64,000 bases of DNA from Azolla caroliniana. Lineage: Eukaryota; Plantae; Polypodiophyta. Of this stretch, positions 12,611 to 24,841 are shown one piece after another; the first letter of the stretch is position 1; every line of letters starts with the position of its first letter. The notes under the pieces were generated by a model. That model did not search any database. It worked only from the letters and a program-made list of their open reading frames with translations, and was not told the origin of the DNA. Where the stretch lies: positions 10,354,001 to 10,418,000 of the forward strand of contig JBHGNT010000005.1 in NCBI GenBank assembly GCA_043228905.1, written 5' to 3'. Position numbers and translations under genes: made by a program.

Positions 12611-13708
12611 TTGAAGGAGGAAAATTTTATGATTGATATACTAGAAAGAGTAACTTTATTGCTATTTTATTAGCTTTTTTTTAAGTGTTTTTGATACAAG
12701 GTTACATTTTAATTCAAGTGTTTTATACTAATTTTGATGAAGTTTACCTTTGTTTTAAGGTTTAGAGTATTTATTTTTAAGAATATTTTTATATCATTGT
12801 GTTTTTACTTGTTATTTTCAGTGAACCATGTCAGAAGGTACCATCTTTCAAATTGAAGATTCCCTCCCCAACCAAAAGACCTGCTGACAACATGCATAAG
12901 CCAGAATCTCAAAAAACTTTGATTGAGTCGGGAGGTGATGGCACCTCCAAGACTTCGAGCAGAAATACAATGAAGACTTTAACCGAAAAGACTAGGAAGC
13001 CTCACCTCAAGAGCTACCCCCATGTGGAATGAACGTTGCTCTATTCTGAGGAAGAAGGGGATTTGCTTTTCGAACCTGCTTTTCGATGTTGATAGCTCAG
13101 TGGGTATGCGAAGAGTCCGGGTTGATGAAGACAATTTTATAACTAACTCCTGCCACCTGTCATGATATGGCAAGACTCGAACCCATGACCTTATACTACA
13201 TGGGTCGAGCTCTTGACCATTAGATTATACATTGTAATACATAGAATATTATGTTTTATTATAGAAAATTGATGTATATTCCAGATTTCTCTGGAACATT
13301 CTAGAAACTTCAGGAGTATTCCTTAGAACACTATAAAAGGAGGCACAAGGCATTATTTCGAACCAAATCGGTTCAACGCCAGTCTTAAGCCTCCTAGCTA
13401 CTATACATTTTCTTCACATAACATATATCTTTTCTTATCATCACTCTCTCTCTCTCTCTCCCTCCCTCTCACTCACTCTTTCCTTCTCTCGAGAGTTCTT
13501 CACCTCTCTTAGTACTAATACTTCTTTTAGTACTAATTCCTTCTCTGTCTTAGTACTGTTCCTGTCATCACCTCTCTTAGTACTAATACTTCTTTTAGTA
13601 CTAATTCCTTCTCTGTCTTAGTACTGTTCCTGACAGTTTGAACCGATTTGCCTACCTTCTGTCTCTCTCATTTCCTACTAATATCTTATTCCTCTTTTCT
13701 TTCATCCC

Positions 13709-14858
13709 ATGGCCACTGTTAGCGCTGAAGAATATCAATTTGTTTTCTCGGAATTTCAATGCTTGAAAGAGAGGTTCCATGCTTTGGAACAAGAAAACCA
13801 ATGGTTGCTAGGGGATCTTCAACAAATCTCCTTAGAAAAGCAGCAAACGCAACAACAGCATGGGGAACTTGCGTTACGCATGCAACAACTCGAAGCAACC
13901 ATCGTAGCGATGCAACAACAAGGGCCCGAAACACAAGGGATTCATAAAGAACCCAATATTGGCCTTCCCACGAAGTTCGATGGAACGCGATCGCAGTTTA
14001 GAGGGTTCCTTAACCAGGTACGATTAGTTATTCAAATGCATCCTTCCCGGTATCCCACCGATGCATCACGAGTGGGTTTAGTAGGCACTTTGTTAAGTGG
14101 CTCAACGTTGGCATGGTTCGCTCCACTATTAGAAAAGGAATCCCCGTTACTCAACAATTTTGAAGAGTTTCTAGGTGAGTTTAAAGCATGTTTCGGAGAT
14201 ACTAACAGCATCAGGACCGCAATCAACAAAATTCGGCGATTACGCCAAGGTGACCGTCCAGCCTCCGCATATGCTGGAGATTTTCGCCTACTCGCCGCTG
14301 ATATCCCTTGGGATGATCAAGCGTTGATGGAGCAATTCCGTTATGGTTTACGCAACGACGTCAAGGATTTACTGTTGACCTTCCTCGAAGAGCCAAAGTC
14401 CTTAACAGAAGCAATCAGTCGCGCGGTGAGATGTGACAACCGCTTCTTTGAGCGACGTTCGGAACGACAACTACAGATGCCGAGGGCAAGATCAGAGCCC
14501 ACCTACGCCTCAGTGGTAGCAAGACCTTTTCCGAGGGAGTCATATAATGCGCCTCCAGCGAATACTCCGACTCCGATGGAGATTGACACTACACGTCGTC
14601 GAGGGCCATTATCCGAAGAAGAAAAGCTGCAATGCCGTACAAATCGACTGTCTTTACTGCGGTGGACCAGGACATATTGCAATAAATTGCCCCCATAGGC
14701 CAAGAAGACAGGTAAACCAAATAGTCGCTAGTTCTAATTGTACTAAACCCGAGCCTATTTCAGTAGGGATATCTGATAGTCCTAATAGTACTAATAGCCC
14801 AGATCTAGCAAACAGATTTGATGTCCTTAGTCAGTTAGAAGAAGAGTTAAACGACTAA
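13709..14858 (+). pseudogene. Gag of gypsy B (frameshift before the zinc knuckle)
   Basis: ORFs 13709..14698 and 14547..14858 give a PEG10/Ty3-like capsid and a CCHC knuckle. Confidence 0.9.
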
Positions 14859-14859
14859 G

Positions 14860-17800
14860 TCCAGCCAAAATAGGAGCCGTTTGGTTGGACAGCCCTGGAT
14901 CTGTGTAGCCCATTAGTGGTTCCATTCCCTCTAAGCAAGTTAGTGATGTGTTCGTAGCCCAAGTAATAGTTAGTACTAAAAGTACCCCTCCAGTACATGT
15001 CCTAGCACTCCTAGATTCCGGAGCTAACTCTTGCTTTATGGATAAGAAATTTGCTCAAGCTCATAAGATATCCCTAAGAAAACTCCAGTGTCCAGCCTCT
15101 GTAGTAGTCATTGATGGACGTCCCATTGCTTCCGGAAATATCATAGAAGAGTCAGAGCCCATTAATATTGTCCTAGATAACTTAACATGTGTAGTATCAT
15201 TTAATATTATTAGTATCCCAGAACATCCCATAGTTTTAGGATTACCGTGGTTCGAGTTACATAACCCAGACATAGATTAGAGAACGAGAGAAATCTGATG
15301 TCGACAAACCCAAGGGTCAACTCAGAAGATGGCAACCATTTTGCTACGTCAGTTGCGTAAAGAAGGGCACAAGGAGGAAATGTTCCTCTTTGCAATATCA
15401 GTAAACCCCTCCAGCACCACTAAAGAAGGATCCACTGTTCAACTTCCCGAGAAGTATCGTCATTACGCCGATGTGTTCGATAAAGTACAAGCCAACACAC
15501 TTCCTCATCATCGACCGTACGATTGCCCCATCGATTTACAACCGGGAAAAGAGCCGCCATGGGGACCGATCTACAATTTGTCACCAACCGAGCTGGAAGT
15601 CCTTCGGGCCTATATAGAGGAGAATTTGGAAAATGGTTTCATCCGGCATTCGAAATCTCTAGCCGGCGCGCCCATTTTCTTCGTCAAGAAAAAGGATGGA
15701 TTGCTTCGTCTTGTTGTAGATTACCGTGGCCTGAATAAGGTTACAATCAGGAATAGGTATGCTCTTCCCCTTATCTCAAGTCTTTTAGAACGGATCAATG
15801 GTGCCAGGTTCTTCACAAAGATCGACTTACGGGGAGCATATAACCTCGTACAGATCAGACCAGGAGACGAATGGAAGACCGCGTTTCGCACCAGATATGG
15901 GCACTTCGAGTATACGGTCATGCCGTTCGGCCTCACTAATGCACCAGCAGTCTTCCAACACATGGCTAATGATATATTCCGAGATCTATTGGATGATTGT
16001 TTGATCATCTATTTGGATGATCTACTGGTTTATTCAAAGACCTAAGAAGAACATGATTCTCATGTACTATTAGTACTAAAACGACTTCGAGAACATGGTC
16101 TGTATGCAAAGCTAGAAAAATGTAAATTCGGGTGCAACCAAGTGGAATTTCTCGGCTACATCATTTCGTCAGAAGGCATCTCCATGGACCCAGCTAAGGT
16201 CAAAACGGTGGTAGAATGGCAGACTCCACGTTCGGTGCGGGATGTGCAATGCTTCCTAGGCTTTGCCAATTTTTACCGGAAGTTCATACAAAATTACTCA
16301 AAGATCGTTCTACCTCTCACACAACTTACCAGGAAGGGACAACCGTTCATTTGGTATGAAGAAACGGACGTGGCTTTCGAGAGTCTTAAAAAGGCATTTA
16401 CATCGGCTCCAATTCTAGCTCATGTCGATCCGGAAAAACCATTTATTGTCGAAGCTGACGCATTGGATTTTGCATTGGGGAGCATTCTGTCACAACAGGG
16501 GAATGATGAGAAGCTACATCCAGTGGCTTTTCACTCACGCAAGTTTGACGCTGCCGAAATCAACTACGAAATTCATGATAAGGAGCTATTGGTAATAGTG
16601 GATTCTTTTATGCAATGGAGGCATTTTCTGGAGGGATCCTCTCATCCGGTCACCGTATTTAGTGACCACAAGAACCTTGCCTACTTTCAGGATGCTCGTG
16701 TGTTGAATCGACGTCAAGCTCGGTGGGCCCACTTCCTCACGCGTTTCGACTTCAAAATTACATATCGTCCGGGGAAGCACCAAGGGAAGGCCGATGCATT
16801 ATCACGATGTTCATACCTAGCACCTCGTCCCGGTGAGCCAGCTCTCGATAACCAAAAACAAGTCATCTTGGGACCGACACGACTACAAGCAACAAAGATC
16901 TTTGACATGCCCATGGATTCCCGTGTTATCGATACCATATGCGAAGACTTGAAGACAGATGCGTTCGCCCAAGCTATACTAGCACAAATTGATCCCTCTC
17001 GAGTGTCGTGTTCACAGTTGCAACCACCAGGTACGGACTATCGGCAATTCAAATACCATGATGGATTACTCTTCTTTAAAGAAGTTTTGTATGTTCCTAA
17101 TGGTTCTTGCTGCCTTCAAGTAGTACAAAACTGTCATGACACATATACAGCTGGGCATTTTGGTAGTACTAAAACACTACATTTAGTACAACGATCATTC
17201 TGGTGGCCCTGTATGCGACAATTTGTCGAGGATTTTGTTCGGACTTGTGATACATGCTGCAGAGTGAAAATGCCAAGGCATCATCCATATGGTTTATTAG
17301 AACCATTACCAATTCCAAGCAAGCCGTGGCAATCCATTGCTCTAGACTTCATCATAGATCTTCCAGTCTCTAAGGGGTTCAATGCGATTCTAACGGTGGT
17401 TGATCGATATACGAAGATGGCTCATTTCTTGCCATGTACTAAGGAGATCTCCAGTGAAGACACTGCCGAAATTGTCATGCGTGAAGTATGTCGGCATCAT
17501 GGACTTCCCAATAGTATCATCAGCGACCATGGACCCCAGTTCGTGTCAAAATTCTGGAAGCACCTTTTTAACATGCTCAAGGTCACTTGTAACCTCTCCT
17601 CCGGCTACCACCCACAAACCGACGGCCAAGCCGAACGAACCAATCAAACGCTAGAACAGTATCTGCGGTGCTTTCTCAGCTATCATCAGGATGACTGGGT
17701 AGATATTCGACATACTTCATGGACTTCCCAATAGTATCATCAGCGACCGTGGACCCCAGTTCGTGTCAAAATTCTGGAAGCACCTTTTTAACATGCTCAA

Positions 17801-18654
17801 GGTCACTTGTAACCTCTCCTCCGGCTACCACCCACAAACCGACGGCCAAGTCGAACGAACCAATCAAACGCTGGAGCAGTATCTGCGGTGCTTTCTCAGC
17901 TATCATCAGGATGACTGAGTAGATATTCCCCACTTTGTCGAATTTTCCTATAACAACTCTATCCACGCATCCACGAAAGTTACGCCATTTTGTGCTTATA
18001 CGGGATGTCACCCCCGGTGGTGTGTACTTGAAACCCCAGAGGTGTCCACAAATCCTTGCGCAGAGGTTCGTTTGGAGAGGTTACGCAAGATACAAGCGGA
18101 TTTATCTACTCATCTCCAACAAGCTCAACAAACACACAAGGTTTATGCGGATCGTCATCGACTCCCATCTAGTTTTAACATTGGAGATCGGGTATGGCTA
18201 CTCCGACGACACATCAAGACTACTCGCCCATGCGAGAAGTTGGATTATCAGTGATTAGGTCCTTTCCGTATTATCGGAAAGATTAATGATGTCGCTTTCC
18301 GTCTTGATCTACCTCCACAACTTCGGATACATCCGGTGTTTCATAGTTCTCTCCTCGAACCCTATCAAGAAAGCACCATCCCAGGACGTATTACACAGCC
18401 TCCACCCCCGATCAAGCTTGAAGATGGACCTGAGTACGAGATTGCCGCCATCCTTGATTCCAAGCTTGTTCGCAACAAGCTCTACTATCTAGTCGACTGG
18501 CTAGGATATAGTCCCAGCAAGCGTACTTGGGAACCGATAGAGAATGTCACCAATGCTCGTGTTCTTCTTGAAGACTTCCATCGTCAATATCCAGACAAAC
18601 CGGGTCCTCAATCCAAAACGACTCGTTACACTCGTCGTTTTAAAGGGGGGATAG
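14860..18654 (+). pseudogene. Pol of gypsy B (PR-RT-RH-INT-chromodomain), with stops and an internal duplication
   Basis: ORFs 14948..15280, 15329..16045, 16142..17734, 18042..18254 and 18336..18662. Confidence 0.93.
17497..17928 (+). repeat. Tandem duplication of about 212 bp in the integrase of gypsy B
   Basis: 17497-17708 is repeated at 17717-17928, separated by a short filler. Confidence 0.92.
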
Positions 18655-19379
18655 TGTCATGATATGACAAGACTCGAACCCATGACCTTATACTACATGG
18701 GTCGAGCTCTTGACCATTAGACTATACATTGTAATACATAGAATATTATTTTCATTTATATTTTATTATAGAAAATTGATGTATATTCCAGATTTCTCTG
18801 GAACATTCTAGAAACTTCAGGAGTATTCCTTAGAACACTATAAAAGGAGGCACAAGGAATTATTTCGAACCAAATCGGTTCAACGCCAGTCTTAAGCCTC
18901 CTAGCTACTATACATTTTCTTCACATAATATATATCTTTTCTTATCATCACTCTCTCTCTCTCTCTCCCTCCCTCTCACTCACTCTTTCCTTCTCTCGAG
19001 AGTTCTTCACCTCTCTTAGTACTAATACTTCTTTTAGTACTAATTCCTTCTCTGTCTTAGTACTGTTCCTGACACCACCCCAAACCCTTAAAAAATATGT
19101 ACAAACAAAAAACAATTTGATTGTTGCTTTGCACCCGTATATCAAAGGAGAACTCATGGTCGCGCAAGCGTGCACCCCACCAAAGTCTGCCAAAGAAGGA
19201 AAAGCAGAACACAAGAAGTACAAGAAACGACAACAGCCTGAGGAGGACGAGCCCGAAGTACTCGAGCTCGTTGAAGATGAGGAGGAAGATACACAACTCG
19301 AAGTAATTCTTGTAGGTGGCCAGATTGCCTCGAGAATCCTCACCTCAGAGCAAAATCGGATTCGAGAAAATATTGTAAG

Positions 19380-19900
19380 GACTAAGCTTGTCCGTAAGGG
19401 ACAATTATTTCATTTACTGATTTGTTCTATTCAGAGGTCACCAATTGATCCGGAAACAAGACGACGGGCTCTAGAGATAAGAGAGCCACATCCAGTGCAT
19501 GTGTAGAATTTGAAAAGCAAAATGAAGATAAATCCACATGCAACTGTAGTGCCATTCTTAGTAATGGTAGACCCAGATTAGTGCCCAACTGTAGATGACT
19601 TCAAGTACAGTTTGGCTGATGATTACACATACTACGTGATTGGAGGATCCCACTTTGGTGAAGCTCGACGTCAACTTGTCAAGGAGTATCCTCTTACCAT
19701 GTTCTTCAAATATGCAGAATGTAAAGTATATGTTGGGCTTACACATGAGGAAGCCAAGTTGCTAGCTTGGGACTACAATAATGATAATGACTATAGAGAG
19801 AAGATGTCATGTATAGAGCGCAACAGGTTCTTTCATTACGAGTACCTTGATGCTTTGCAAAAATTTGGTCCTAGGTTGCATTCTGGATTGCGACGATAAT
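19380..19900 (+). pseudogene. ParB/Sulfiredoxin-like domain segment of the cargo gene
   Basis: Reading through two TAG codons gives LEIREPHPVHV*NLKSKMKINPHATVVPFLVMVDPD*...YYVIGGSHFGEARRQL...CKVYVGLTHEEAKLLAWDYN, matching the ParB-N pattern (R..V..L, P+.V, y.+i.G.H...A, .a...a...N). Confidence 0.7.
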
Positions 19901-20767
19901 GTCTGCTTGAAGTGGGGATATCAGTTGATGAAAGCACAAAGTTTGAAGGCCCGAGGAAGTATGACTCATGTTTTCAACTTGCTTTCAGAATAGGGGAGGT
20001 GTGGGACCTCCTGGATCGAATTTTCAGTATGTGGAAGCGAAAAGAGATAAAGGGCCAACGATCAAAGAAGGCTAAGTTGGACCCTCAAGTGGAGATAAAG
20101 TCTAAGTCACGTAACAGTGACTTAGTGATAGAAGAATTAGCCGAGGACATGAAGGCTCTTCCTTGGCAGTCATTGCAAGGGATAAAAGATGACAGATTAT
20201 TAATTTATGGTTAATCAAGAGTGACCGTCAAGGAGTTAAGCTTAGTGAAATGGTCACAAAGTTTCAAAAGTGAGTATTCTATGTGATGATTGTTTTTCAT
20301 TGGATTGCTTTGTTAATTTGCTCTTTATTCTAAACTTAACGTGTAATGTGTTTTAGCTATAAAGTTTATGTGTCACGAACGGGTGGAATGAGGCTAAGTA
20401 CTAAGAGAGAGCGAGAGCATAAGCAAGATCACAAGATTGTCAAGGAAAAGTAGAGGAGGCTCAATATTAAGAGATAGCGGGAGAGAGAGCATAGAAAAGA
20501 GAACAAGCAAGAGAGAGGATAGACAAATAAACAAGAACTGTATATGCTTTCGTAATTGGTGTTGTTCACCTTGATTGTAATCAAGGTGCACCCCAATATT
20601 TATACAAGAATGTGGAGGTATGCATGAAAGCTAGAAGACTTCTAGAGAGTGCATGGAAACTTCTAGAGAGTGCATGAAGATGCATTCTCTAGAAGGTTCT
20701 TGAAAGTTCTAGTGATCAATCTATAATGAAATAAGTTGAGTCTTACACAATACAATAATGCATAGAT

Positions 20768-20836
20768 GGATGTAGCTCAATTGGTAAGGTTGCCCAATAA
20801 GACTAGAAGGTCATGGGTTCAACCCCCACCATTCCA
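20768..20836 (+). other. tRNA-like (Pol III A/B box) module inside a gypsy LTR; related copies at 26264-26331, 58869-58937, 13169-13230 (-), 18666-18727 (-) and 62092-62142
   Basis: GGATGTAGCTCAATTGGTAAG ... GGTCATGGGTTCAACCCCCACCATTCC gives a D-arm and T-arm consensus with a shortened anticodon region. Confidence 0.7.
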
Positions 20837-23800
20837 CGTGGCATCCTATCTATGACATTATCCTCCCTCTAAGGGCGCCTCCTTGGACCTGCGACCGGTT
20901 TTTGTGGATAACGTTCATGAAATGCTCGAACTATGTCTGGGGCATGCTTGAGATGATGTGCCGGCTCCCATGTTGCTTCGGAGATCGGGTACCCTTTCCA
21001 GAGGACATGGTATTGAAGCTGGAGATGAGAGTCGAGAATTTGGTCGACCTCATATTCTTCTCCGGTTGAGAGCTGGATTGGTGGTGGAGGAGATGGGTGT
21101 CGACCAGGGATTTCAGATATATGGCGAGGTTTTAGAAGGGGGACATGGAATACATTATGAATACGAAAGTGGGATGGTAGCTCTAAGCGGACAACCATGG
21201 AACCAAATTTCTCAATGATTTGGAAAGGGCCTAACTTCTTGTAATCAAGCTTCAAACAAGGACGAGTGGTGGCAATATTGCAACGGAGAAGCCAAACAAA
21301 GTCTCCTACCTTGAACTGGGGAGCATCTAAGCGATGACGGTCAGCTTGCTCCTTGTAGCATTCGCCAGTGAGGGTGAGCTCCAAGGAAAGATCGCGATGT
21401 ACATCCTCCAAGAGACTTGCCCGGTCCTCCGCAGAAGGATTGACAGAGTCAGAGGGAAGCGAAATGTTGAAGTGGGGGTGGAGACTGTAGTTGGAGAAAA
21501 ATGGAGTAACTCCCGTAAATGCATGCAGAGAGTTGTTGTAGGCGAACTCAACAAGTGGGAGAAGGTCAACCCAATTGTCTTGTTGGTAACTAAGACAACA
21601 CCGCAAGTATTGTTCCAAGATTTGGTTAACTTGCTCTGTTTGTCCATCGGTTTGCGAATGATAAGCGGAAGATAGATTCATAGTACAACCGACGGTTTGC
21701 AGAAGGCACCGCCAGAAATTGGAAACAAATTGTGGTCCTTGATCAGAAGTGATATTGTTTGGGAGTCCATGTAGTCGAACCACATTTTTGAAAAACAAAT
21801 GGGCCGTCTCCTCTCCGGTAATGGTTTTGGCACATGGAGCAAAATGAGCCATCTTGGTGAAGCGATTGACCATAAAGAATACCAATTCATAACCACCAAC
21901 AAAGGGAAGGTCAGTGATGAAATCCATGGAAAGAGAGGCCCAAGGCCGTTTGGGGATTGGGAGGGAGACCATATGGTCGATGATGAGATGCTTTAGAGCG
22001 AGCACAAACGTCGCATGAGTTAACGAACTCTTTGACCAATTTCCATGGTTGTGGCCACCAGTATCCCCGAGATATCAAATCCAAGGTTTTCGCAATGCCA
22101 AAATGACCAACAAGTGGATCATCGTGACACTCGTGAAGCACCCTTGTCCGACAAGGACCTTCTAGGACATACAGAAGATTATCTTGAAACAAAAGATTAT
22201 CATGAATTGTAAAACGAGCTAAATAAGGTCTTTTGGGTTCATGGGAGGGGTTTGTGATACTTGCCTTGACCTCTGTGGCGAACTTGTCAGTCGTAGTGGC
22301 TTCTGCTATTTGCTTGAGCAAAGAGTCATCCTGGAGCAAGCAAGTCGCAAAGTTGTAAAATTGGTTAGGCTTTAACAAACTCTGGGACTGCTGAACATAG
22401 GCTTCATCCTCCGGAGTGAGCTCGAACTCAGATCGACGGGATAAGACATCGGCCGTCGTGTGTTGAGCACCGTGTCGAAAGATTATCTCAAAATCATAGT
22501 CTGCCAAGAAGGTCGACCATCACGTCTATCTACGATTTAAGGTTTGTGTGGTAGAAAAGTATATTAGATTTTTGTGATTGGTAATCACTTGGATATGATG
22601 TTGCGCCCCAGATAAATAGGGTCTCCATTCTTCAAAAGCAACAATAATAGTGAGAAGCTCCTTGTCGTATATGGGGTAGTTGATTTCTGGGGCCATGAAT
22701 TTGCGGGAGTAGTAAGCCACCGGACACCGACCTCATCTGGCTGGGAGAGGATCGTCCTAATGGCAAAATCGGAAGCATCCATTTCGACTTGGAAAGGCTT
22801 AGTTGGGTCAGGATGTAAAAGGACTGGTGCCATAGTAAAGGCTTGTTTCAGCAAGTCTTACGCCTTTTGGGCAGCCGTTGTCCATTCGAAAGTAGCATCC
22901 TTGCGGGTAAGAGCAATGAGAGGTTGTGTGATCATTGAGAATCCTTTGATGAAGCAACGATAAAAATTGACAAAACCATGGAATGATTGCACATCTCGTA
23001 CTTGAGTTGGGACAACCCACTCTTGGATAGTCTTGACTTTTCCGTGTGTCCATTGTGATTCCCTGTGTCGAAATGACATGCCCAAGAAACTCTACAGAAG
23101 TACGATCAAATTCACAATTTTCACTTTTAGCATAGAGTCCGTGCTCACGAATTTTGGCGAGGACTAACCTTACATGTTGAGTATGCTCCTTGATGTTCGA
23201 AGAGAAGACCAAGATATCATCTAGATAGATCACAACAAAGTGATCTAGATATTCTCGGAATATGTCATTCATCATATGCTGAAATACTGCAGGAGCATTA
23301 GTGAGGCTGAAAGGCATTACCTTATACTTAAATTGTCCGTAGGGCTTTCTAAAGGCGGTTTTCCATTCATCTCCAGGTTTGTTCCGTACTAAATTGTATG
23401 CTCCCCGTAGATCAATCTTGGAGAAGATCTTCCAAGTCTGGAGTCGATCCAACAGCTCTAGGATGAGAGGCAATGGGTAGCAGTTGCAAACAATAATCTT
23501 GTTTAGACCCTGATAATTAGCGCAGAGGAGTAAGGATCCATCTTTCTTTTTCATGAACAAAATGGGAGCTCCTGCTGGTGATTTTAAGGGTTGAATAAAA
23601 CCCTTTTCAAGGTTCTCGTCGAGATACGTTCGGAGTACCTGGAGTTCTGGTTCCAACAACCCATAAATTGGGCCAAAGGGAGGACTGGCACCTTCTTGTA
23701 GATCGATCGGACAGTCGTAACGTCGATGCTCAAGCAAGTGAACAAACATTCTTTTTCTCAAATATGTCCTTGAAGTCTTCATACTTGGACGGTAGTGAGT

Positions 23801-24425
23801 CAATAGTTGTCCTCATTGGATTGCTCGACGAGGCACTATGCACTATTTTCCTTGTTGTGACTAGGATGTGAGCATCCACCTTGGAGCTGATTCCTGCATT
23901 AATGGGAGGGTGAGCGCCTGCAACAACATGAGATATTGCTTGCACCTCCGAGCTAGTTTGAAAAAAAGTAATCGAGTGATTGTGCCAATCAACAAGTGTA
24001 TTTTGTGCCTTCAGTCAAGACAAACCGAGGATGACCGGATGTCACGGTGAAGTGATAACATAAAACGTTAAGGCCTCCTGGTGTTCCCCGAGCTGTAAGA
24101 TAAGTGCGACAGTGGCTTCGGTGATTGCTCCCGAAGAAAGCATGCGTCCATTGATAGCTTCCACTGGGATTGGCTTGGACAATCAGACAACCGGGAACTG
24201 GTGTTTACAAACGAACCTTTCATCCATAAAACACGTTGTTGTCCCGGAATTTAGAAGTGCTAAGGATCTAATTGAAATCGACTTGAAATGGATGCTTACC
24301 GGAAAGGAGAAATCTTCGGTCAATGTAGCCGAACTAACTATGGGAGCGACACGAATGCAGATTGTCCAACCACATGGCTCCTACTATAGTTGGACACCGT
24401 CGTTTTCCCGTTGTTGGGGCCGTCT

Positions 24426-24841
24426 TGTCATATTGTTTGTAGATATTTGTCGTTGATTATTATTACCCGGCCGGGAAAGGAGCAGAGACCAGAATGTGAA
24501 AGGGATGGTTATTAAGACTATATTTAATTAAGTAGATTAGATTATAATTATGTAGTGAACGGACGGACCGGAATCGGTATGCCGATCCGAATCCGGACCG
24601 ATTCCGAACAGGTGCCGGTTGGCACCGTTTTGTACGCAACACTGGTGACCTATATAAAGGCCCGGTTACAATGTATAACTTTAATGGAGAATTAATATAA
24701 GCTTCTTGTTTTATCTTCACGTATTGATTACCGTTCCAAATTAATTGTTATATCTTACGCGTGTATTAAGCGTATGCCTTATTGCTAAGTAGCTAATTCA
24801 GTCGAAGTAATCGTTGTGTCTTAAGTTATCTCGCCGTAACA
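24426..24841 (+). mobile_element. LTR-like insertion (TGTCA...GTAACA) at the gag/pol junction of B2
   Basis: TG...CA termini and an internal TATATAAAGG. It interrupts the gag end. No clean TSD, and about 55 bp of extra sequence follows. Confidence 0.55.

Larger units (their letters stand above)
13158..19074 (+). mobile_element. Full-length Ty3/gypsy chromovirus B (Tcn1/Tf1-sushi-like)
   Basis: LTRs 13158-13635 and 18655-19074. Perfect CCACC TSD. Gag (KFDG...F, CLYCGGPGHIAINC), protease LLDSGA, RT YLDD, RNase H, integrase and chromodomain (YEIAAILD...YLVDWLGY...TWEP). PPT aaaggggggatag. Confidence 0.96.

Noticed and set aside
20768-20836. Functional tRNA gene
   Set aside because: The anticodon arm is shortened or unpaired, and the sequence is an integral part of duplicated LTRs.
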